The notes under the pieces were generated by a model. That model did not search any database. It saw nothing but the letters and a program-made list of their open reading frames with translations, and was not told where the DNA came from. Of a DNA stretch of 64,000 nucleotides, positions 36,977 through 47,649 are shown piece after piece (the first letter of the stretch is position 1; every line of letters begins with the position of its first letter). Both the position numbers and the translations under genes were made by a program. The stretch comes from Neoechinorhynchus agilis (lineage: Eukaryota > Animalia > Acanthocephala). The stretch covers positions 16,408,784 through 16,472,783 of the forward strand of contig CM121341.1 in the NCBI GenBank assembly GCA_051530055.1, in the 5' to 3' direction.

Positions 36977-39069
36977 CTTAAATAAGATTATCACCAAGCC
37001 TTTGAAAATCAAGAGACAACTCAAGCCTTACTTTCAGTTTATTTTTCATCGTAAAGGATTTTGTAGCTCCATTAACTTTTAATTTCTTCTGTTTCAATAC
37101 ATTAAAGTCGTCGAAAATTCATCGTTTTTTCAACTGCGATTACCTTCCTTTGAAAAACAAGATATAATTTCAAACCGGAATTTAATCAAAGTGTAGGTAA
37201 GTTTGCAACTGATTAATATTTTATCATTTGTTATAACTTGCATTTAGTACTCGTTGCAGTCGCTATTGAAGTTAAAATCGATTGAAAGATCCGTGAATAA
37301 AAAATTCTATTTTAAATTTTAGATCTCTAACATTAATATGTTTTAGTCTTTAAATTCTTCGAGCAACGTCAAACCGCGGTCATAATTCATTTAGTCAATA
37401 GCAAAAACAAAATTAAAGTCTTTTACTTATACGAATAACAAATCATTAAGGATACATCTTTAAACGAGCGAGTTGCTATCGTCGACTCCTAAAGACCCTA
37501 ACAGAACATCATATTCCTCAAAGGAGATTCGCTTTTTGTAGAAGAATAATACGTTAACAAGAAAACTTTATCGGCTCAATCGACGCAATTAACGTGGAAA
37601 TTCAGACAGTTGAAAATTTCATTGAAAAATATACGGAATCTAGTGAAAGCTGCCGATAAAGATTATTCGACTGGCGGATACGTTCGAGTCTTTGGATTTT
37701 CTCTCACGATACTATCAAAAAGTTGGCGCATTGCAAAAAGCGATTTGGAATATTCATGAGGCGAACATTTAGATTTATAAGTGTTTTAAAAACAAGGCCC
37801 CAAAGAGCGAGTGATAAATTGAATTTTCAAATTATAAATCTTTTTGTCGCAAATAATTTTAGGTTAAAATTAGGTAAGAGATCGATTCCGCATTTTTTAT
37901 AATCCACTCAATCAGTTCGATCTTTATTTTCAAAATTAAGAAGGTTGTGCCAACGGCTAATGAAATGAGTTCGTCGCTTAAATAAACCGATTTATTCAGA
38001 ACGGAAATCGTGACTTTTGGCGGACGCTTCCACTGTGAGGATGGAATCTGTTTTAAAAATGCTTAATATCTCGACTATAATTAGGAGCATTTCCCTTAAT
38101 TTCACGAAAAGGTTCAGTGAAGCGAAAGTCTCTTGTGGAAGCGTCGTGAGAGCTCCTTGAATTCGCATTCGTAATTGAAAACTTACAAAAGTTCTTGTTC
38201 GTTTGAGTGCCAAATATGAAATTCGAAATCAATTCGACTTCAAAAACCAATATCACATTTTTAGATTTTCTTTTATTTTTAAGTGCCCTCTGAAGCGTCA
38301 AATTAAACGCTTAAATCGTCATCGGGCGTTGGCTTGAAGCCGAAACTTACTGTTATTGTAGTGAGAAATAATAAAGTTATGTAGCTTTTTCGCAATGAAA
38401 GTTCGTAGGCGAAAACAATGCTCTTTGCAGAATATTCACGAAATGATTTCTCTCCTAAGAACCAGAGGAAAACCTCCTAAGTTATGACGCTCAATCGAAA
38501 ATATTTCCTAGCGTTGGGGAAAACATTGTTCACATAGATACCCACTCGCAAGATTTTTGTATCGTTTTTTTCAAATTCGTTAATTACATTATTTGCGAAA
38601 TTTCAGTGAACTAAAAAACATAATTTGTAAACAATAAAACTCAAAAATTGATAAAGTAAAAAGTAAGGCAGGAATTAAAAGCGATTAAATTTATTAATTT
38701 TCTTGTAAAAAATGAATAGACTGAGTGGAGAATGCTTTTGTACCACTAAATAGTTTTATATTCAAAGTTTATATTTTTTATAACTGCGCTAAACTAGACT
38801 TTAACACTTATAAATATCGAACTTGATTGCATTACACAGATAAATGAGCTGCTTCGCTGTTTTGACTTTCGATAAACCATTGATTTTTCGCTTAATCACT
38901 TTGTTAACTTCAGCGAAGAATTGTTCGATATTCAGCTTTCGGGTTAGAAAAATTGATCGAAATAACATCATCTTTAACAGTAGTAATTTTTGTTTTCTTA
39001 GAAGTCTTCCAATTTTGCTTCTTCTAATGTTACTGTTATGGAACCACTGACACTGATTGCCTAAATTTC

Positions 39070-39625
39070 GGCGAAGGAAATTATGGACCATCAAGATCGT
39101 CTAAATATTGCGAAGATACAAGCTTTCTACAATTTAAGTAGTGAATTCCTTAAAACCCAATGGAATACAACTAACGTCGAAAAATATTGACGCACCACTA
39201 TTTCGTCAAGATCGAATATTTTGTCAAAACATTTCTTGACTTCATTCGCAAATCAAAATTCGATGCATCTTCGAATTAATCGCCATTGGGCGCCTCAACT
39301 GTTTCAAGATGCAATTGTATTCTCGGATTCGTCGAGTTTTATGTACGGCTATGGCATTGCAGCGCTTATTCCAATTTTACAAACGATTTCGTTTTCAATC
39401 GGGTCAATAACCGCGGATCTTTTAGTAAGGTAAAAATGGTTATTGGAAACGGTATATTCGTTGCTGATAACTTCATTGAAGCTTTAGTAACTGCACATTC
39501 GTTCAGATTTTGAATAAAAAGCGCATGATATTTCGCAACTATGTTAATGCTTCACTGTACTTCTCTCTTCTCTCAACCTGCCATCAAGGAGTAATCTCTT
39601 TTAATTTGCCACGTTTATTTCATTG
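39070..39625 (+). pseudogene. Captured GLUT promoter plus 5' CDS fragment (copy of ~28308-28884)
   Basis: GGCGAAG..ATGGACCATCAAGATCGT through CGTTTATTTCAT is collinear with the intact transporter locus, with frameshifts and stops. Confidence 0.9.
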
Positions 39626-40240
39626 CTACGCCATTATTCATACCTGTTGTTTTGCTTAAAAATTGATCAAATAGTAAAGGATTAGTGTATCAAATCGCTC
39701 AACTTGAATATTCTGTACTCGTGTTTATTAATGCTGTATTTTGCTTCTAGTTTTCTGCAACTCTCGTGCCCGTATTCATATCCGTTTTTTCTTCAATAAA
39801 TATCCGTCAAATATTTCAAATTTTATTTCGATTTGGAGCGATGGCATACTAATTGAAAAAGTCTTTTACATGGAAAACGTACACTGATAAATTTTTAGCT
39901 TAGTAAGCGTCGGCCTTTCGCCACTGCCCAATGAAGACTCAAGGTGCTGTCTAGCATCTCAGAGGGCGTTAAAGAAAATAAAGAAAATGGGGAACGTCGG
40001 TTAAGTTCTTGTGGGCAATGTTTTGCCAGGTCAGAAATTATTGCGGTGTGAAATCTAACTCGTTCAAGTCTGCATTCCCGCACTTTTGCGACCTTTATAA
40101 AGGAATATTGAGCATTTGGAATCGATTCAAGAGTTCGTTTATAGAATCTCGTTGGGTGGATTGAAAGATGTTGTTTGTAATTACATCACCGACGTCAGTT
40201 TGTAGACTTAGTGTTTTAAAATTATTGAAAAAATTAGCTC

Positions 40241-40600
40241 ATGAAATTGCTATTTCCTGGACAGAAGATGTCTGAAATCGTTCTAAATTTGATATTGGGA
40301 GTGCCAATGATAAGATCAAAGGTCCAAAAAGATTCTGCTCCAAATTTTACAGAAGTGAGTAACTCATCTTCACTATTGAACGTTCTTTATCTGTCGCAAG
40401 GGCGCCATGAAAAAGGGAGTCGTTAAAAATTGGAAAGATATTACTTCCATTTATCAAATCTTTTCTAAAAATTATTTGGACATTGATCCTCGGACGAGCA
40501 AAATTATATTGACCGGACGCTTTTTAATCTCCTAAAGTACTAATTGTGCTGAAATCTGAACAATGCTTAGAAGCTTCCGAATTCCATTAGCAAAAACCGG
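40241..40600 (+). pseudogene. ACTR2: Arp2-like (actin-related protein 2) gene fragment with retained 46-nt intron
   Basis: MKLLFPGQKMSEIVLNLILGVPMIRSKV, intron GTGAGT...GCAAG (40355-40400), then MKKGVVKNWKDI and NYLDIDPRTSKIILT. Compare Arp2 LVGRPIIRSTTKV..YPMENGIVRNWDDM..LNIDTRNCKILLTE. Confidence 0.75.
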
Positions 40601-42859
40601 GAGATAAAAGTATAGGAATTGTTGATTGAGCACTTTCAATTTAGAGGCTTCTATATAGAAGTTCAAGCTACTCTCACATTATTTGATCAGGGAATATCTA
40701 CGGAAATCGTCGCTCACTCACGTCTGTCCAGTTTTTGAGAACTTTTGTCTGAATCATTTCGTTAAAAGGCCTGATATCGCCGATGTGGACATTACGTTTA
40801 TCTTACAAAGGTTCGCGTTTTCATCGCGATGAAATTAAGATTTGATTCTTTTTCTGTTTAGCTCCATCGATCGCGGGGTTACTCGTTAAATCCTTAAGCT
40901 GATTTTGAAACAACTCCAACGACAAAGTCGACGAAATGTCGGTCTTCATAAGGTTTGAGGCGGGTTGGAAGGAATGCCTTGTACTTCCATTTCAATTAAA
41001 TCTGTATCTTAGCTTTTTAACGGACGAGATATCAGACTTTCCTATGAACATTTTAAAAGTAGACAAAGTCGCTTATCAGCGATTAGCCATGTTTATGCGT
41101 TTCTCTCCTCGAGCATTTTAAATCGATTTTCGATGCGAAGTTGAGGATGCTTGTCGGTGATAATATCTTGTATTTCTTGGAAGATCAATGTTACGAATGC
41201 CACAAAGAAAACAGTCGATATGTGGACCAGTAACTCGGATTACTAAAAGAAGGGCTTTTTCATTGTTGTTTACAGAAACTAAAATCCTAACTTTTGAAGA
41301 GTTTTTGATGTTACAAAGTATGAAACGGTATATTTTTCAATTAAAACCTTTATTTTCGTTGGTTTCATTTTTGAGCCATACTGCTCAGAAAGCGCAATCT
41401 GCCGTCTTGGAAGGCCGAAGTCATTCAAAAGACTCGATCACATCCGGGAACAGGCCGAGACCGTCCCTGCATCACCGTAGACAGATCCGCTACTCCTCAT
41501 CCTCGCAGATTGTGGCTTGCTTTCTGTTGGTGCAGAAAGCTGAGATTCAAACTATAGAAATGATCGCTATGAGTATGATCTCGGGCTTCCACAATAAAAT
41601 ATCTCTTCTTACCAACAAACGTCTCTAGGAAAAGAAACTTCCGTTGAATATACGCGACATACATTGATAGGCTTGTGTCACTCTTCAAAAACAGTTCGTA
41701 AATTTTGATTTGAATTAGTGGTTAACTGCACATTTGGAGCCATTCAACAATCATTGTTCGAAGCTAAAATTTTATATTGTTGAATGATTCAGTTGAAAGT
41801 ACGAATGATTCACCATTCTATTACGTGGTAGCAATGTAGTACAGTAATTAAAATTTACATCTTTGTCAGAAATCAGCGCATAACGCCAAAAATAACGAAT
41901 CAGATTGTTCGATTTTCTGTGCAACTAGCGATTAAAAAAATTACTCTCGGATTTTTCATAATTAACAGATATTCGGTCGAAATCATAAGGAATGCGATTC
42001 GAGCAATAGGAGCTCTTTCCTTACGAATTCACATTCACTGTATTTTCATTGGTGCATAGTCGGCTAAGATCAAAGGGTTGTTATTATTTCAGTATCTGTT
42101 TGTTTTTAGCCAATAAAAGTACAGGTTAATGCACAAATCTTTTATAACCAAAGAAAATTTTAATATGTCCATAGGATACCATTCGAAAGATTAAAATTTA
42201 TTTGATTTCTTCAAGAAAGTCGTCATAATGTTCTATGATGTACAATGCACATCTCAAATCAATTTATAAAGAGACTACATAGTTCGGAAAGGTATCAATA
42301 TCGACAAATAACTCATATAAAAGTACGTTCAGACGATTGGTCCATAACACACCGGTTATTAAAATCATAAATGGTAGCTTTGATTTTGAAATATCATTCG
42401 AGGTTTATGTCGAAGCAGTTTTATCAGAATTGTAGGAGTTTTCACACATCGAATCGCAGTTTAACTTCGATGAATTTGGCAGCTTCACGAGTTCTGTAAC
42501 AGGAATTAAAATTTCGAAAGTAAACTTATAGGGGTGTGCCCGTTCCCCTTGGTCGTGCCTCGGACAGATCTTGTGATTACACGATCAGGAGGCGTACTTA
42601 AATTTTTTTGTCGCAATCTCAACTTAATGAAGACGTCGGATATGGCCAGGATTTGTTGAGAATTCATCAAGAGTTCCGCACTCGAGGACGGCGCCAGTAC
42701 GCAAGTAGCGTCTATTAACATTGGCACATTAACTGGAAATACATAAGAGCTTGACAGGCTGTCAGAAAGGAGATGTATCTACTAGTTGTTTCACCAATGT
42801 TCGCTGTATAACAAACTTCTTTAATTAAATCAACGAAGAAGATAGGATGGCGAACGATA

Positions 42860-43050
42860 AGGAGAATAGCGTGGTAGTACTGATATTGAAAAGGAAGGAT
42901 AGTCCAGAAGATTGCTGCAATTCTCGCTCAATCAGACCATTAAATATCTCCGGCCGCATTCTTGGTATGCGGATAAGAAATTTCGCAAAAAGCGGCATCA
43001 AACAGATAGATTTCGTTAAAGAATGTGGAATTAAATACAGAGTTTTTTAA
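42860..43050 (+). mobile_element. RTE-like non-LTR RT fragment
   Basis: VVVLILKRKDSPEDCCNSRSIR...QIDFVKECG resembles the P.FKKGD..DC.NYR.I and QxGF regions; highly degenerate. Confidence 0.45.
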
Positions 43051-43449
43051 AAACTGTTGTCGTCCGGTCATTGAGGTTAAAGATAAATTCTACAGTTTCG
43101 CAAGCATTTTTTGTATTTCCTTAAGGGGCAGCTTTTGAAATTGATATTTTCAGTTACAAGAATGACCCCTTAGATTCGAGAAGCGAAAATCTTATTTAAT
43201 CTGTCAAAAATTTCACATTGATTGTAAAGTAAAGATCTTCGATGTTTGTAATAAATGTATTTGAATTTTTATTGAACGCAGACGTCCTACTCATTTTGTG
43301 CTAAGCTTATTGAAGCAGAATTCTTATATTAATCGCGAGTCTCCCTTTAAGAACTTTTCGTTCTAAAAAGAGCTTTACGAATCGAGGGCATTATTATAGA
43401 CATCGACTAAGACCGGATTCGCCAGTTTTAAGCAAAATCTCCATTGTAG

Positions 43450-43920
43450 AAGTGTTGCGAGCGCTCCTATGATTCGGATTCGTGATTGCAAATCGAAACT
43501 TAGCAAAAGTACCTGTGCACTTCTGTACCAAATTAAATAGATATGAAACTCGACATGAATTCGACTTAGAAAACCAATGTCACCTTTCCAGATTTTCTTT
43601 TCTTTAATTTTTAAGTGCCATCTGAAGCGTCAAATTAAACGCTGAATCGTCATCGGGCGTTGGCTTGAAGCCGAAACTTAGTGTTAAAGTAGTGAGAAAT
43701 AATAAAGTTATGTAGCTTTTTCGCAATGAAAGTTCGTTAGCGAAAACAATGCTCTTTGCAGATTGTATACGAAATCATTTCCGCTCAAGCGAAAACATTT
43801 CCCAGTGTTGGGCATGTCAAAAACATTTGTTTTTTATAAATATGTTTATTACTTTATCTGCGAAATTTCAGTGAAATAAAACATAATTTTTAAGAAATAA
43901 CAGTAAAAACTGTCGCCTTT
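43450..43920 (+). repeat. Partial copy of the mosaic repeat
   Basis: CTGAAGCGTCAAATTAAACGCT..CATCGGGCGTTGGCTTGAAGCCGAAACTTA..GCGAAAACAATGCTCTTTGCAGA is shared with 38290, 55460 and 62155. Confidence 0.85.
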
Positions 43921-43929
43921 ATTAAAATT

Positions 43930-44860
43930 TACAAGTTTTGGAAGATAATGTTCGGTGGAGCAGCGGGACCTCTTTGCTATATCTGAAACCAGCTGAAGGG
44001 AGATTCTCCGAGGGCCCGAACGTTTCGATCCCGAAAGGCACAAAATGGAAAATCTCCTTCAGCTCAGCGTATTTTGCCGCTTTTGACGCTCCGCTGCGGT
44101 GCAGGTTGCATCCCACAAGAGGCACTTCCCTTGGCTCCAAGGGAAGACTGACACACCATCTGGGCGCTTACCATCAGACTAGCAGAATGTTTATGTGGGT
44201 CAGGGCTCCACTCAGGATCGCGTTGATTTCGGCATGTTTATGCGACCACCCGGCTGACCGAATGCAAATGATGGAGCATTTAATCCTTTGGCGTCTACTT
44301 GCGAGCCGCAGCGACATTCGTGTTGGAAGCAGATGGGAGCACCCAATCTCAAAGAGAAAGCTACCCGGAATGTTTCATTGTCCAAAAGAGTCCCCAACTT
44401 TTCGGCCGGGATAGCTACCAGCCAGGCGCCGGACCCTTGCATCGAGCAAGCCATGAGTCGCGCACGTGACCTATCTGCCAGTTTGTGTAGAAGTGATATG
44501 TGAACACTGCTTTTGGCACTTCTGGGGTGTTGTGGCTTGTCCTACTTTAGAGGTCCATAAGGAGAGAGCATTATTAAAATGCTCTTCGTTGGACTCCGGA
44601 TAGATCTTAAGGGAGTTCTCTCGACTAGCCGAAACCAAAGAAAGAAAGGCCGGCAATGCGACGTTCTCCATGAGTCTGAATCCTGAACTTCCGTGGTTTG
44701 AAGGTAACGTCACTTGTTTCCACGAGGAATGGTTGAAATCGATATTGACGATTTGGCTGAGCTTATTCCGAAGAAGATCATCCCGACTCGATAGATCATC
44801 ATTGCACGTGAAGGCGGGTGCAGATCTCTTGTTCTTTAGAGACGGCAATCGATTGATGAA
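43930..44860 (-). mobile_element. CRE-clade retrotransposon 3' fragment
   Basis: [64 protein letters not shown], with frameshifts. Confidence 0.85.
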
Positions 44861-45546
44861 AACGCGAGAGAGCGCGCGAATGTTACTCAGTAAATTTATT
44901 TTAAAACATTTGCTCCGCTCATTTGAAAGGTTCGTTGATTTTACGACGCAATATTGTGAGAGCGAATCGATAAATTAATCGCTATAGCACCAAAATATAT
45001 ACATGAACAACATTTTTACAACAACCTTCGAAGAGCGACTTAGAAATTATGGTAACGATAGCAATAATTTTAACAGCAATAGAAATCGAAATTTAGGACG
45101 GAGGGCGGACAACTCCTTAATGCATGTAAAAACATTAATACGAAAGACGCCAAATTATTGCCGAATTATGATCACGGATCCCTCAAATATACAAAACTTG
45201 AACTTATATAATATTAGCAGAGCATCGAATTTTCAAAGAATTCGCAGATACGTACATTGTGTTTTAAGAAACGTCTTGAAAATCTATAAGTCATTTCGGT
45301 TCAGGAATGATTGAAAATATTTGCTTCGCTTATTTGAAAGATGATCTTGAATGATTCGCCTTTTGACGTCCCTATTTTTTTGTCAGAATGACAGAAATTC
45401 GTCCAATATTTTTTTGCTTAATTTCTTAGGTTTCATTTTTAAAATATATTCGCATATAAATCACAATCTCAATACAAATGTCTCTTGACTGCTCGATTCT
45501 TAAAGCAATCATTGAGTAAGGCCTGTTTATTTAGATATATAAACGC

Positions 45547-45750
45547 TCAAAGTTCCACTGCCCTCGAGGATGCATACAGCATTCCATTTCTAAATTGCAC
45601 AACTGATTCTCCGGTAAAAATTATTAGTTGCACTTGGGTGCTGAACCATTTTCCAACCTCGGTTGAAGCTTCTGCAGTGCTTGGTCTGAAGGCACCAGTT
45701 GTCTCAATGGCGAGAGGTCGGAAAATGTATATCGGCGGATGAGTCATTTG
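45547..45750 (-). mobile_element. Short CRE-like RLE 3' fragment
   Basis: YIFRPLAIETTGAF...VQFRNG resembles the F.P.A.ET.G...QRGN terminus. Confidence 0.55.
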
Positions 45751-45891
45751 TATTTCTCTCCTTTTTAGTCTTTCTCTCTTTACGCCACTTCACCAGCCCC
45801 TAAAACTGCAAGGAACAAGTTGCTCTTAACAGGTCTTTGTCTAAAAGAGAATTTCTAAAAATTAGTCCATTACCGGTTGAAGATAACAAAA

Positions 45892-46678
45892 ATGGGAAAC
45901 GAAAATTCATCACAATTCAAACTTCGAAAAGACAAACTCTATGTTCCAGATTGGAATGCGAATGGATTGGAAAATGAATTAAATATACCAAGCCTTTCGC
46001 TAAGCCGTAATGTGGATGTAAGGGAAGGATCTACAAGCCGAGCAGAAGAATATTTGACGGATATGGGAAGTAGAACAACTCAAGTTCTTCTTTGGTCCGA
46101 TTTTGATTACCATCAAATCGGAAAAGTAGCTCATCTTTCAGCTAATCGAGTATTTGATCTGCATCGTGATTTTCTTTTGCTTTCCTCTATCTCCAAACAG
46201 ACAAAAAACGATGGAATCTATGTGAGTCGATCGCAGTTCATCCAAAAATTTGTCGAAAAAATATGCGACCCAGAATTAAGTCTTCGGGATCCAGATCGCA
46301 TCCCATCAAGTTATAGAAATCTTTCATGTCAAAAAGCTAAATCCGCAGGGACGTAAAACATGAGGCCAAATATTTTCGTTCCTGTGCACTAGACAGAAAG
46401 CCGGACATCTTTTCGATCATTTCGACAATGACATGGACGGTAATATCAATTTTTGTCAACTTGTTTGTGCCTTTGTGAGTGTTCAAGACGGATTGGACGA
46501 TATCATGAAACAAACGGCCATCAATGCTCTCCTTGCACTTAAAAAACGAACCGACGCATTGGATCGTCAAAATGAAGCTGATTGGCTGATTAAAGTAATT
46601 AAAGAAGATAGTGAAAATGATAAGAACTCAATCGAAGAGATGGTTATGTCATTTATACCAAGGACAGTTGATTTGTGA
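45892..46678 (+). CDS. N-myristoylation-motif EF-hand protein (neuronal calcium sensor/calcineurin-B-like, divergent)
   Basis: Starts MGNENS. A 40-nt GT-AG intron (~46353-46392) joins in frame to KAGHLFDHFDNDMDGNINFCQLVCAF, an EF-hand loop with Gln at position 12. Stop at 46678. Confidence 0.55.
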
Positions 46679-47649
46679 ACACAAATAAGACATTTTATTT
46701 GAAAACCAAACCAAATAGCCATAACATTAAAGTTTTGATTCGGCTAACGAAAATAAATATTGCGAAATGAAAAAAGGGAAAATTGAAACTCAGGTACTGA
46801 ATGGGAGATAAAATTCCTTACATCGTGTTAATTATGGATTCGTTAATCCAGGTATTATCACATCAATGAGTTGCCATTCTAGAATGGATTCTATGGGTAA
46901 CTCTTGAACAAGAGGAGCAAGCGTCAGTGTTGCTACGCTGCCAATCGGTCGGTGTCATCGGCTCCTCGGCGATCTTATTAAACAATCGGGTCAACTACTA
47001 TTCTTGATTTCAGTTCTTGGCCTTCCAGAGTTCCATTGCTTTATCATCAGAACGGGTTGCTTTTTCCTTCTTCATTTGGTTGGTGGATTGTCGATTGATT
47101 TCTCAAGCAAATTTTATCTTTTCGATCGTCGTTACCTTAGGAATTTACGAGTTTGAAAACAAAAATTGTTTTTGACCAATATTTTCGGAGTTTTTGCTTC
47201 TTCAGGATCCTGAAAAAACACACGCAATCTACAAAAGTAAAGTTAGAACAAATTCAGTGAGGAAGTCAACTCATCCCTTTGGTTAAGCACAATAACGCGT
47301 CGCACATCGGTCATCTAGTTTCAATGATTCTCTCGCTCGATACTTCACGGCTGTCGAAAGCTTTATTCCATGACCTCATGGGTTGAACCCTTTTATTTGT
47401 TGATTCACAAAGAACAGGAACCATGTACCTTTGGGTCCTCATAAACAGTCGAGTTCTGATTGGAAAATGAAACTGGCTATTGATTTTAAAGTGGATTACG
47501 AGTCCGGGCGAGCGGCAATATCCGGTCGGGTTGGAAGGTCCGTTCTGGTGGAAATTGGTGGTTATTGTTTGCCTCAGCACTTGTGAGGCCGGTGTTTCCT
47601 CAGGTTCATTTCAAGTTATGATATCCGAGAAGATTGGGCAGCAAACAAA

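Larger units (their letters stand above)
37845..41170 (+). repeat. Gene-fragment mosaic repeat, copy 1
   Basis: Collinear high similarity to 55000-60670 and 61690-63085. Contains GLUT and Arp2 pieces. Lacks ~440 bp (56205-56645 of copy 2). Confidence 0.85.

Noticed and set aside
41741-41786. 11-bp inverted repeat CATTCAACAAT/ATTGTTGAATG
   Set aside because: Short, AT-rich, with an unpaired 24-nt spacer; within chance expectation for this composition.
42062-42100. U2 snRNA-like words GGCTAAGATCAA and AGTATCTGTT, 17 nt apart
   Set aside because: The branch-point recognition GTGT is replaced by unrelated sequence, and neither the U2 5' stem nor the downstream stems and Sm site match. At most a chance match or tiny relic; an Infernal search with the U2 model would settle it.
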